DNA of 64,000 nt. It comes from Euprymna scolopes. Lineage: Eukaryota. Made by a program: the position numbers and the translations under genes. Below are positions 1 through 12,157 of this stretch, in pieces. Positions within the stretch are counted from its first letter, which is position 1, and each line of letters begins with the position of its first letter. Where the stretch lies: the NCBI GenBank assembly GCA_053919585.1, contig CM132788.1. One strand, given 5' to 3'. The notes under the pieces were generated by a model. That model had not been told where the DNA came from. It did no database searches and saw only the letters and a list, made by a program, of their open reading frames with translations.

Positions 1-200
1 TGTAAGATGATATATAAGTGATGGAAAACTGTTGGACTCGGGAGATTAATTTCACACGTCCTGGGACGAGTATTGTTCTTGTTTCTGTATAAATAAATGT
101 TATGTATCCGTTCTGTTACCTAAAAATTAACGATGAAAAGACGCCATTTTTAGCATCAGAACGAAACCATCTCAAACCGTAATGATAAAGAGAAAATTTA

Positions 201-695
201 TCTATCTATAAAAGTGTGAATGTGTGTGTGTGAGGATAATTCTCAACCTATATACTCAATAAATTTGAGACCCACAAGCTTGAAATTTTATATATAGGGT
301 GTTCAGACATATGTATAACTTTTTAATCGGTTTTTATTCGAAAAAAAAACGGCAAGTAAAGCGTCAAAATTGAAAATTTCGTATGTGGGGGTAATCGAAT
401 TTTTATCCGTTTCTCAACTGTTTCAGAAATGCACACTCGTGAATCGTTCACATAAGAAATTGCTTATGTTAAGAATCAGTAGGTTTGAAAACACTTTTAA
501 AGATTGTGTCAAGTTGACTTATTGGTTATCATACTTGACTCACGGCCTAAGTTTTGGGTTTCGATTTTTTTCTACTTACAAGTAGTGAACTCTTTAGAAA
601 AATATAATAATCGCATGCACATTTCTCAGTTTCTGTATGAATAAAATATAATGCGTGTGTGTTTTACTACCGGGCAACGACTGGTGGCCTGCTAG
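201..695 (+). mobile_element. Non-autonomous Helitron-like element
   Basis: A|TC 5' end (atctatctataaaag + (TG)n), GC-rich 3' hairpin ccgggcaacgactgg and CTAG|T terminus; same terminal pattern as 8256-9209. Confidence 0.7.
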
Positions 696-1231
696 TAGCA
701 AATAAAACAACATATCTTGTCTGAAATGAATTCGGAAACAAATTTACCACTCTAAGTGTAAAAATCAACGGTAATTGTTTTTACGGTTTACAAATACGAT
801 AGTAATAATAATCATTTATATATAATAATAAATAATAATTAATTATTAATAATAATAAATAAAATTACTGACGCAATTCTATGATTATTATATAGATATG
901 AGTGAGAACCTTAGTCGAGCAAAATCGTTTTTATTTTTATGTCATAATTTTTGATAGAGTATTTGCACTAGTTGAATCAACATTCATAAATGTGATATTG
1001 AAACTGTAAAGATTCAGTAGATTTAACGAAATTATTCGGACGGCATTTTGGTTCGAGGAATTATTCAGGGGATTCTTGAACATTTTAAATGAAATACTAA
1101 GCCAATTCGTTTTAATACTGGCCTTCTAATCAAATACATGAGATTATTCTTTTTGAAACTTATATTTTATTCAAATATTCACAAATCATTTATTAATGAG
1201 ATTCATAAAGCTATAATAATTTTCTTTTATG

Positions 1232-1233
<2 letters not shown>

Positions 1234-1302
<69 letters not shown>
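1234..1302. repeat. (TG)n microsatellite
   Basis: Direct reading. Confidence 0.95.
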
Positions 1303-1304
<2 letters not shown>

Positions 1305-1548
1305 TATTCGTCTACGGAATAAAAGATGATCTCTTTTATACAATATTTCAGAAGCGTGATCGTTTATTGATGGCATTCTAAATACGATTAGAATACAAAT
1401 TCAAACTGACAAAGAAAGCCATTTCAGAATTAACAATTTGCTGTTTTGATCAGCGTGAATTTGAGTTAAAATCCTACAGCATATTTATTCTTTAAGATTA
1501 TTTAGTGGTGAAAGGCAAACTTTGTTATATGTGATTAATTGAAATATG

Positions 1549-2300
1549 TACGAGGTTCCTTCAATAGGTTCTCAGACTATTTTTGTACAGGCATTTAAAA
1601 TTGTTGTAGACTCTTGAAAATGTAGTATGTTATTGCTATACATCTTATGAGATGACCGAGTAATTCTTATGAGTTTAGGTTCAAATAAACAGCTACAGCA
1701 GAAAGTGCATACACCTTACTAAAGCCTGGTTTGGTGAATTTCAAAAATGTAATCTGGACGTGAAGAACGATATGAAATAAAATTTCGTTTTAAACTTGAA
1801 AAAAAATGCCACAGAAACGTATGGAATGCTTCAGATTGCTTACGGACCTTAATCAAGCATTAGTTTTTAAGTGGCATAAAGGATTCAAGGAAGGCAGGAA
1901 GTCTGAAGTAGGATGATTGATGTGAGAGGAGCAAAGAAAATTAGAACAATAGAGCTGATTAGCCAAATAAAGAATTTCATCGATAAAGACCGTCGTATGT
2001 CTATAGAGAACAAGTGCACAGATTGATTTCAGTGTGGGATTTTACACACAATTATTCGCGAGGAGCTGAAGATGCGGAAGATTTGCACAAATGTACCAGT
2101 CCACAATTCCATCCTTGTCACAGACTATTTGACCAAGATGGGCACCAAGATAGTTCCTCACTCTCCCTATTGTACAGGCCTTGTTCCCTGTGACTTGTGA
2201 TTATTCTCTATACTCAAGGAAAACCTTAGCAGCTATCGTTATGAGACATTTGAGGATATGAAAAGAAGCTGTAATGAGGGTCATTGACACGCACACATAA
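1549..2300 (+). mobile_element. Degenerate mariner transposon
   Basis: Starts TA-CGAGG; translates in pieces to EERYEIKFRFKLEKNATETYGMLQIAYG...FKWHKGFKEGR (mariner HTH) and PHSPYCTGLVPCDL (YSPDLAP-like); stops, frameshifts and an internal deletion. Confidence 0.85.
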
Positions 2301-2651
2301 CTAGACTAGTTAGTGAACTACAGCGATGATTTAAAAGAGGTATGATTGGATTTGCGCAATACTTGCTTCACAAGTAAACTCATAGCTACTCTTATACTGG
2401 TTTACGCTTACTCTAAAAAATGAACGGGTGCCATGATGGCGCATGAGGCTGTCACTATTATTTAGTGGGTCATAAAGTTCTTACTCAGAGTAGCAATTCA
2501 TCATATGTTATTTAGTGGAACATGTATAATGTTCCTCGTCAAGCTAATATACATGTTGTGTTGAATAGAGAGAGTTGGGTATATATAAAGGTGTGCCGTC
2601 TCGTAATATGTTCATCTGGTGTAAAATTGTTGTCTAAACACAATATTGGTC

Positions 2652-2708
<57 letters not shown>

Positions 2709-2942
2709 CGCCAATGACAAACAGAGTTTGTTTAAAAAAGGTTACAATACCTTTATTTTACACATTCATTATACAGACAGAGGTTTTAACCATCCTGGAT
2801 TTGGAAAGCTGCACTCTCTTTGATTACATCGCTTTAGTTGCTGGCCCCGTCGCTTCTAAGAAAACGCTTATTTGTCAGACCGGCTTGTTCAGCTCCAAAA
2901 TTTAGATTCCTCAATATCTTCACCAGCTGCCATTGCACTACG

Positions 2943-3076
2943 NNNNNNNNNNNNNNNNNNNNNNNNNNNNNNNNNNNNNNNNNNNNNNNNNNNNNNNNNN
3001 NNNNNNNNNNNNNNNNNNNNNNNNNNNNNNNNNNNNNNNNNNNNNNNNNNNNNNNNNNNNNNNNNNNNNNNNNNNN
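2943..3076. other. Assembly gap (N run)
   Basis: Direct reading. Confidence 1.
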
Positions 3077-3077
3077 C

Positions 3078-3365
3078 TATTCGATGTTCTATCATAAATA
3101 GTTGTGCGGACTGCGTAGATATCAATATATCCCATAAGGATACAATTTGAAAGATCATGTATGAATATCAAGAAGTAAGTAGAGCTCACAATGTATCCTT
3201 GGTATGTGTTGACATTAATACTATGAGCTTCGGATGTCTTGCCGTCACCTACTTCAGTGAAAGAATTTGATAGTTGTGAAGGCATTCCAGTTAGCATGTT
3301 TGTGAACCAAACTTTTCTGGCAAATCCTATCGGATGCCTTTGATATATCAAAAGCAATCGCTTAA
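3078..3365 (-). mobile_element. Degenerate CR1/Zenon-type LINE RT fragment
   Basis: GDGKTSEAHSINV..QGYIVSSTYFLIFIHDL..YIDIYA aligns to the RT of the 37.4-40.8 kb element. Confidence 0.75.
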
Positions 3366-4404
3366 ACCATAGCCCGTCAGGTGTAAGACTTGCAAGTTTA
3401 CATCCATATTACTTGTCACTAAGTAAATTGTTTCTGTGTATATGTTTAACAACTTCTAGATTTATTCAAAATTCGATAATTTTTTTGATGACTATTAGTA
3501 AGTGATCGGTGTTTACCGAGTTGAAAAATACCGATCTCCATTATTTTAATACTTTAAAAGAAAGCCAACCAAATCTCCCAAAATTAATGGGAAATGTTCT
3601 CCTTTGAACAGCCATCTATAGATAGGAGATATTATCGGCTGTAGTTTATTATTGAATAATATCACTGGAATGTTGTCGTGATCAGTTTCCTGATATGCAG
3701 AAAGGTTCTTGATAAGTTTCAAATGTTTGACAATTATTCTGATGCCGCGTGGAGTGTTTTCCGATCTTAGAAGAGGAATTTTTTGAGTGGGTGGCTTTGA
3801 GCATAAAGGGTGGAAGTTGCTCCAAATGCCTTTGCTTAGTTTGCGTTTGTAATATGCTGAGTAGTTTAAGAATGCTATCCACTTACGTATTCCCGTTTTT
3901 TTTGGGGGGGGTTGTTTGTTTGGGGTTTTTTTTCGCTTCTTTTTAAACGATACTAGTTTTGTTCAAATCCATTTATTAAGCTTTGGAGAAAAAATATGTA
4001 AAACAAAATTATTATGAGTTGATCCTAATAATTAAGCACGTGTACTGATGACCGGTGTATATTTACTTTGATGTGATTTACATAGGAATATAGAAACTAT
4101 TTGAGAAAACCATGTAATGTATATAAGTGGGCGACAACACCTCCCTGTACAAAACACTGCAAAAACTAATATTATTAAAATGAACTCCACTAAACACTTA
4201 TGACAAAAGACCGCCTGCTAATTTGTAATTAACTAGAATCTGAACTCGTACTACGACAGGTAAGTTACGTCTAAGTTATAAGGGTATCATCTATGATAAG
4301 AAGTTCTATCAATCGTTCAGAATATTTGGCACGATTCATTTTTAAATAAGATTTCCAGAGGCGTTTGGACATATCTACAAGATCTATCGATCAGTTTGTT
4401 TAGC

Positions 4405-5450
4405 TGACGTTCGAAATAGCATTTTCTAGATCTAACGGAAATAGCTGTTTCTTCAAACTCCTAGAATTCGTTTCAAATAGCATTTTCTTCGATCTTCCAC
4501 AAATAAGTGTGAAATAGCAATTTTTTCAAGCTATAAAAATTAAGTTTAAAAATTACATGTTTTCAGTTTGCCACTTTTAGTTTGAAATATAATTCCCTTT
4601 TACTCTTTACTTTGACAGACTCGTGCATGAAATAGATGTTTTTACAGTCGGTCAGATTTAAGTTTTGAAATAGCAATGCTTTTGTTTTGCCAGCTTTAAA
4701 TTTGTATATAGCATTTTTTTTTAATCTTCCAGATTCAAGCTTAAAAAAGTATTTCTTTCAGTCTACTTGACTTACGTAGAAAATATAATTATCTTTGCTC
4801 TGGCAGATTTACGCTTGAAATATGGCAGGTGCTCGTCTGAACTCCAATCTCTGCCCCCTCCTCGCCAATCTTTCACGAAAAACACCCGTCTATCTGAATC
4901 CACTGTGAAAAATTTCCCCCGCTATCTGTGCCTAAATCAAAACGCAGATTCCATGAACAAAGCTTCTTTCTTAGAACTGCACGTCTGTGGAAGTCTGTTC
5001 CGCGTGCCTGTTTCCCATCTGACTACAACTTGGATGTGTTCAAGTCCAACGTTAATAAATTCCTAATGAACCGCCCCCTTAAGTAAACACTTCATCAAAT
5101 CTCCACACTAACGTAATGTACTTGCAATAACCCTTACCCCTGAGTGGCTTCTGGGCCTTGATAAGTGGTGACCACTGTGTAAAAAAATATATATATAGTT
5201 TTTTGAGTTGGTCAGACGTAATTTGGAAATAGCAATATCTTTTGCCTGACAGTCTTAGGTTTGATACAACATTTCATTCCGTCTGAAAGAATAAAGTTTG
5301 AAAAAGTATTATCTTTGCTCTACCAAAAATATGTTTGATAATAGCATTTCCTTTTGTCTATCAGACTCAGGTTAAAAGAGCATTTTTCAGTTTTCCTGTT
5401 TTAAGATTTGGATAGCAATATCTTCTATCTGCCAGATATGAAATAGAAGC
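4405..5450 (+). repeat. Highly degenerate ~40-44-bp minisatellite (core tttgaaatagcattt), interrupted by a LINE 3' end
   Basis: Recurrent gaaatagca motif at roughly 40-bp spacing on both sides of 4822-5187. Confidence 0.6.
4822..5187 (+). mobile_element. 5'-truncated CR1/Zenon-type LINE 3' end (family A)
   Basis: Very similar to 29476-29845; ends ccttacccctgagtggc...gccttgataagtggtgacc...poly(A). Confidence 0.9.
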
Positions 5451-5562
5451 GTTGGCGCGTCCAACAATTTCCCAGTTAGTAACGATTATTCCATCCAGTG
5501 TTAAACGCTTATAATAGATGGACGCATATTAAGAGTGTCCGTTCATGTTTTTATCTTTGCAG

Positions 5563-5672
5563 ATCAAAGAGAAAGAATCGAACATTTGCAGTCATAAAAC
5601 TAACTTCAAAGGGTCCCATCATCCGGCGTTTTCTGCTGTCCGGTTTCTCCACCATACCCTAACACGTCGTCT
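5563..5672 (+). CDS. Candidate host exon (unknown product)
   Basis: Acceptor ttttatctttgcag, donor gtaagg, GC-richer unique sequence, phase-0 frame open (IKEKESNICSHKTNFKGSHHPAF...); no recognisable homology. Confidence 0.3.
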
Positions 5673-5760
5673 GTAAGGCGATTTTTTTATCTCTTCCGCT
5701 CTTTCTTTCTGTTGTGCATATATATGCGTATGGGTATGTATTACTATATATTATATGTAT

Positions 5761-5841
<81 letters not shown>

Positions 5842-6204
5842 AGGGAGAGATGACTACTTAGCGTTTATTTGTAATATAGTTACTTGTTACTTTCGTTTAG
5901 TTTTTTGTTTTTCGCTTCTTTTTTAAACGATACTAGTTTTGTTCAAATCAAAGGGAAGTAATTCTATGGATAAGTGAGAGTTATGTCCTTTGTTTTTCTT
6001 TTGTTTTTGTTTTTTTGATGATGGCAATTTCAAAATAATTAAACCATGATAGCTAATTGTTAAAATTTAAATTAAATTAAATCACATTTGATTCTTTTTA
6101 AAAGCCGACGGCAACGGGCTACAAAAAACTGAAAAACCAAAATAAACTATTCAATCTGTAGACAGAAAATGATTGATGATGACAAAGAACAATAAAGAAG
6201 TTCA

Positions 6205-6258
<54 letters not shown>

Positions 6259-6806
6259 GTTTTTAATATTCACATACTTATATTTTTCATCTTAACCAAG
6301 AAACATTGACGTGGATAGGGATACGTGTGTTACCGGCCGCAGCACCCCAACCCCAAACTGAAATATCTATTCAAAAAAAATTTTAGTGGTTTATACATGG
6401 AATTAAAAGTACAATGTATATATATGCATTCCCCATTAAAAATTTTATACAGTAAAAAGTTCTCTTTAATATTTTCTCTGAAAGTTTTCAAAAGTATTTC
6501 ACTCTTTCATGTTTTAAATGGAAGTGGTACACTGCTAACACAGCCTTTAATCCATATATAACAGACCTAAATCATTTATAATCCTATTTTACTGCCAGAA
6601 GATTTAGAAAATATCAGTTCTGAAAAAATAGGCAGCGTACTTAACTTTAAAATGAAAAGATTGATCATCAGCCGTTTTTTGTATAATTATATATATAGAT
6701 AGATATATATATAGATAGAGAGAGAGAGAGAGGGAGAGAGAGAGAGGAGATGGTAATTAATAAAAACTGAAGAAAGTGCTCAATAGTGTTGTAGAGCAAA
6801 TATGCA

Positions 6807-7011
6807 TTTTATTTTTTATTACCGTATCTTTCTGTTAAGTTACATTATTGTTTCGGCTACACGGCCGTTTTTTTGTTTTTGTTTTTTTTTGCCGTTTGTG
6901 GCGTCCTCAGTTCTGTAAAAGTCTGAGGACGCTACAGACGGCCAAAAAGACAGCCGTGTAGCCGAAACAATAATGTAACTTAACAGAAAGATACGGTAAT
7001 AAAAAATAAAA
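6807..7011. mobile_element. Foldback element: inverted pair of hammerhead-bearing Penelope-type terminal sequences
   Basis: 6807-6910 is the reverse complement of 6923-7011, apart from an expanded T tract; abuts (TA)n. Confidence 0.8.
6911..6988 (+). ncRNA. Type I hammerhead ribozyme
   Basis: Stem I TTCTGT..AAGT/ACTT.ACAGAA, core CTGAGGA (6923-6929), stem II GCTACA..GGC/GCC..TGTAGC, GAAA (6964), stem III ACA/TGT, cleavage triplet GTA (after 6977). Confidence 0.8.
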
Positions 7012-7012
7012 C

Positions 7013-7084
<72 letters not shown>

Positions 7085-7098
7085 TATTTAAGCGTATT

Positions 7099-7268
7099 NN
7101 NNNNNNNNNNNNNNNNNNNNNNNNNNNNNNNNNNNNNNNNNNNNNNNNNNNNNNNNNNNNNNNNNNNNNNNNNNNNNNNNNNNNNNNNNNNNNNNNNNNN
7201 NNNNNNNNNNNNNNNNNNNNNNNNNNNNNNNNNNNNNNNNNNNNNNNNNNNNNNNNNNNNNNNNNNNN
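7099..7268. other. Assembly gap (N run)
   Basis: Direct reading. Confidence 1.
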
Positions 7269-7824
7269 AATACCCATAAATGTGATATTTTAATTCGTAC
7301 AAATTTATAAATATAATTATCAAGTCAATTATATATTGATTTGTACCACGGTCATTTAATTACGCTTGACTATAATATATTAATTAATGCAGATTTCGTA
7401 TTTATTATTATATAAGCAATACTCTATTGATCATTATATTGTACCCAATATAGAGTGGTGAGTTCAAATTTTTTTTAAAAATATATGCGTTACTGTTATT
7501 AGCCAGAATCGAAACCAAATCATGTAGATCTCCAGTCTTTTTCTAAAACATCTGTACTAAAGTGATATAAAGAATTAAAAATAACCTTCTGTAAAGGAAA
7601 AAATGCATACTTGTGGATGCGTAAAAGAAAAAATTAACTCGACTTACGACTTCAATTTTATCTTTCAATGTTTACCTGTTAGCAGCTATTTATTACTGGC
7701 GTAAAAAAAAAAATCGAATTTATTCCACGAGTTGAAATCTTCTATGTATCAAGTTTCAAGTCTGTATACCAAAACTTGACAGTGGATTTATGGCAGAGAC
7801 ATTTCCGCTAACAGACAGACAAAG

Positions 7825-7883
<59 letters not shown>

Positions 7884-7993
7884 CTTGGTTTTTTTTATTC
7901 AAAAGTAATGGACTAGTGAATTCAACGAGGTTGTTAGATAGTGCTCAATAAAAAGAGCTGATAATACTTGTTTATTGTTATATAAACATGCTC

Positions 7994-8120
7994 ACATCCC
8001 GCTGCTACAAACAGCCACTTGTTTCAATCAAACAACAGATATCATAAGGCAGCGACTTGACTATTCAAATGTTCATTGAATAACCTATTATTCAAGTGGC
8101 TGTTTGTAGCAGCGGGATGT
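7994..8120. mobile_element. Miniature inverted-repeat element (28-bp perfect inverted arms)
   Basis: acatcccgctgctacaaacagccacttg (7994-8021) / caagtggctgtttgtagcagcgggatgt (8093-8120). Confidence 0.7.
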
Positions 8121-8122
8121 AA

Positions 8123-8187
<65 letters not shown>

Positions 8188-8255
8188 CAAAAGTACCCGT
8201 CGTTTACTGGATTCAAAAACAGCCTACAGAAAATGGACTCTGATTTATGAAAGTA

Positions 8256-9209
8256 CTAGCGGGGGTACCCGGCGTTGTCCGGGTGTTTGGAGGTGTGGAT
8301 GTTAGATTAAAACAACCCTGTTAAAAAACGTTGGCCGGTTGTTTGGAGGTGTAAAAAAATAGTTTTAGTATAAAGGTAGGCTTGAAGCTCGAACTTTTGA
8401 CTCGGAGGTGGAAAGGAAATGAAAAAAAAAACCCTGCGACCTACCCATCTCGACTACGGGAACAGATGAATTAATAAGTGTGTTAAGTTGACGTTTATAA
8501 ACCGAAATTAGCAGGTGCGACAACGTCAAGTTGCGGAAGCCAGTTTCTGTTTTCCCCGCTACGCGGCGATCAAACAATAAAAAAACACAAAAAACTAATG
8601 TAAGGAAAATGAACGATGAAAACAGAAAAAGAACACGTGAAAAATGGCTTAAATAAGCCTGTTTCGATATTAATATTTAAAAAATCGGTGGGTACCCGGG
8701 TGTTTTTGAGTGTCGCTAAGAATAAGCGAAGTAAAAAAAAACAAAAAAGCAGAAAAACGAATGTTACGTGAAAAATGGCTTAAATAACATTGATTCAATA
8801 TTTAAATTTTAAAAATCGAATAAAAAGCATCTCACACCACGATTCGAACTCAAAACGTTTAGATCATGAACCAAGGCCTAAACCAAATAAGCTAACGCGA
8901 CGTACATGAAATTTGTTCGGTTTTTCAACTATTTAAAGTATATCAGGTCACGACGTCATCTGACGCATGCGTAGAATCGGTCATTGTCACGAGAGGGCCG
9001 TTTTTGTTGACCCCCCCTTGTCGAAAATTGTCGATTTCGGGGTGAAAAAGTTAACGTTTTTGGCCAATTTTTCGATATTTATCGAGCAAAGGCTGGAGCT
9101 TCGATGTGATACCGAGTTTGTGAATTTTCGTCGCGTCTGTCGAAAGTTTTTAGCAGACATCCAAACATACACACATACATACATACATTTTCGCTTTTAT
9201 ATATATAGA
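8256..9209 (-). mobile_element. Inner non-autonomous Helitron-like element
   Basis: Minus strand A|TCTATATATATAAAAG + (TATG)n ... cccggacaacgccggg hairpin + CTAG|T. Confidence 0.75.
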
Positions 9210-9299
9210 TGATAGGTAATGAAAAGGGAGGGTTGTAAAGAGGTAGCTTCGAATTTAGGGATATCAAAACCAAAGCAAAATATGATGAAAGTAAAAATA

Positions 9300-9780
9300 A
9301 AATAGATAAACCCCATAATTTATTATACCATAACTGTTCACCCTGAAACACTTATCACAATATTCTGTGGATCTATATTAAAAAAACCTTCTAAAACTTT
9401 GTGATATATTTTCATTCTATGGAGGTCAGGCGCGAACGAACACCCCATAATTTTATTATACCATATTTCTTCAAACTGAAACATAATTATCAAAGTATAC
9501 TTACGCAGATAGATATGAAAAGTATTTATTAAAGTTTGTGCCTATTTCCATTCTATGGAGGTCAGGCGTGAACGCAGACCCCACAATTTTATTATACCAT
9601 CCATATTTAAGTTAAAACATACTTATCAAAGTATTCTTATGTGCATCTATATCAGAAACACTTGTAAACTTTTTTCTAATTTAAAATTTTTCTATTTCCA
9701 TACTTTGTGGACCAGGCGCGTACGCAGATCCCACAATTTTTATGAATCATCATTATGCCAGATCAAAATACCCATTACTG
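9300..9780 (+). repeat. 3-4 degenerate tandem units of ~135-155 bp inside the outer Helitron
   Basis: cattctatggaggtcaggcg.gaacg.a.acccca.aattttattatacca repeated at ~9413, ~9548, ~9700. Confidence 0.75.
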
Positions 9781-9900
9781 TGTCTCGATACATCTTCTAT
9801 CATCATATGTGATCAGTTTTCTATAATAGTCAACCATGTAGGAGCCTATTCGTGACCAAGCACACACGCAGACTTTCAACTTTATATTATAGATATATCA

Positions 9901-9945
<45 letters not shown>

Positions 9946-10010
9946 TCATTCTCCCTACTGAAAGTTGCATAAACATGAAACGCTTGTGTCTGTATGTAAA
10001 AATAATAAAT

Positions 10011-10094
<84 letters not shown>

Positions 10095-10096
<2 letters not shown>

Positions 10097-10255
10097 TGTA
10101 ATAATTACTAAATACCTACAGACACTAGTGTTTCACCCTTTCTGGAATCATCAGTGCAGGGTGTCACGATTAACACCAGTGGATAGATTCGAACCCGGCA
10201 GCACAAGCAATCTCTGGCTTCATTAGCAAGGATCTAATCCATTCGGCTACCGTTA
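10095..10255 (-). mobile_element. tRNA-promoter + hammerhead SINE/retrozyme-like element
   Basis: Minus strand: A box TAGCCGAATGGATTAGA (10233-10249), B box GGTTCGAATC (~10187-10196), then hammerhead, AT tail and (TA)n. Confidence 0.75.
10115..10160 (-). ncRNA. Type I hammerhead ribozyme
   Basis: CCTGCA-CTGATGA-TTCC-AGAAA-GGGT-GAAAC-ACTAGT-GTC-TGTAGG: 6-bp stem I, canonical core, palindromic stem III, GUC site. Confidence 0.85.
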
Positions 10256-10399
10256 ATATTGAAATTTAAACATTTAGTTTTTGAATGCGTTCTAACGTCT
10301 GTCAGAGTGATCTAATAATTATATCATGATCTGCGCAGAAGAGCTAAATTTACCGATTTTTTATTTCAACTGAAAATGCTCACTAATTAGTTGCACTAT

Positions 10400-10862
10400 G
10401 AACGAATGACAAATATACTACAGATTTTAAAGCGAATTTGCAATTGGGGTCGAACCCATCGACCGGCACGCATTATCGTTTTCTACACTTACCATTGCGT
10501 AAGTCTGAAACGCTAACATTCCCAACCAAAAATAATTTAAATTAAATATAAAAAAATATTCTCATCGGCTTTTTTCAACAACCATTGGCTCTCTATGAGA
10601 ATCCACAATAAGCCGTTAATGCGATGTTTTCTTAGCTACTGTTTAACAGTATATATCTAAGTTTACTGTATATGTCCGCTAATTTGGTATCATACACAGG
10701 TCATTATTATCTGTCGCCTAGGAGTTGAAATACCAGGTTTCAGAGTTTAAGGTTACTTTGCAATTGTGTTCGAATCCTTTCACTTCAAGTAATCATTATT
10801 TCCTCCACTGAAAATTGCAGAAGCATGAAATGCTTGTGTCTGTATGTAAAAATAGTAAATAT
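10400..10862 (+). mobile_element. Two decayed tandem copies (~320-bp period) of the B-box + hammerhead unit
   Basis: ttgcaattg+g.tcgaa.cc at ~10438 and ~10758, each followed by a decayed ctga...gaaa motif; 10800-10860 matches 9950-10010. Confidence 0.5.
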
Positions 10863-10864
10863 TT

Positions 10865-10922
<58 letters not shown>

Positions 10923-11625
10923 CAGATATATATGTGTGTATAGATATATATATATCTTCATTCCCCCTTTATACTTTTACTTTGCAAGTGAGTTGCAGAT
11001 AGTAATGTATGTCTCTTCCTTTATTTTTCGCTGGCTTTCTGTATTTGAAAATGGCGATGGTACAGAAGATAACGGTTGCTAGACTTTTGATGAATATCAG
11101 AGCGGAGTATGGTTTTATTTCGTCCGAAGAATACATCCTCACAGACATTAACACTTTCTTGCAGAGATGGAATTAGTTCAATGTTCTTCGTCTGAACCAT
11201 CCTTAGTTTCAGTCTTGGCTATTCTGCTATCATTTACAGACCCTCTCTTTTTAGAACCACACAATTACACATATTCTGCAACAAATTTAATTAGATTACT
11301 TGGGTTATTATATATCATTTTTATCAAAAGGCGTACAAAAATATCTTGAGGTCTGCTGGATATTTATAAAAATGATATCGGATATTTCACCTGATTCATA
11401 ACTTGATAATTGTATAAATTCAAAAATGAAAATAGTAATGTTATTTACGTCTTACCTTTGGGTAGATATTTCGTTGTGAACCTAAGTTGGTGATAAACGC
11501 ATGTGTATTTATTCTCTCATCATCGGTTCTGTGGTGCCGCCATTATCTGTGAACTTGGCTAATCCTTGGTTTGCTTTTTTTTAAAGAACTTTTTAAATAG
11601 ACGGTTCTATCTAAGTTATTATTGT

Positions 11626-12157
11626 TGCACACACGCAAATGTATCTGGGGTTTCCCCAGATACGTGGCTGGCTTTGATTGGTTTAGCAGATCGCCAGACC
11701 ACAAGTGGTTGCCGTGACCTTGGATTGGCCCTAAAAGATGAAATCGACTTAAAATTTCTTATATTGATTGCTACAGAAAAAAAAATTTCCACGACGAGTA
11801 CAGAAAAAACTCTAATTATAGAAAGACAAAACAGAGAAAATCAGGGTTTTCTAACTTCTAAAAAATAATTTCATAAAAGTTACAGATCTTTTTACATATG
11901 TACAACGTTCAGTTCCTAAAACATTTCAAGTTTCATAAATCTCTCTTCTTCGTCACTGAATTGCTGATCATGATGGCGGAGAGGGGGTGACATTGGAGTG
12001 GATGTTATTCTCTCAAGATTTCGGCGAAAATCTGTCAATTTCGAGCGGGTATTAGCTTTTTAAACTAAGGTCAGGGGTTGGGGTCTGGCGATCTGCTGAA
12101 CCAATCAAAGCCAGCCTCGTATCTGGGGAAACTCCAGATACATTTGCGTGTGTGCAC
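11626..12157. mobile_element. Element with ~75-bp inverted termini containing an internal palindrome
   Basis: tgcacacacgcaaatgtatctggggtttccccagatac...gatcgccagacc versus its reverse complement at ~12082-12157. Confidence 0.7.

Larger units (their letters stand above)
8184..9893 (-). mobile_element. Outer non-autonomous Helitron-like element (host of a nested copy)
   Basis: Minus strand begins atctataataatataaag...; ends ccagtaaacgacgggtac..ctaat; internal ~135-155-bp tandem repeats. Confidence 0.6.

Noticed and set aside
3560-3885. Possible Penelope RT N-terminal remnant on the minus strand (NNKLQPIISP)
   Set aside because: Only one short motif resemblance; too decayed to support.
4044-4100. 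CTGATGA motif as a hammerhead
   Set aside because: No stem II or properly placed GAAA and stem I.
1138-11082. ORFs with VCVC, YIYI, NNNN or X runs
   Set aside because: Microsatellite and assembly-gap artefacts.
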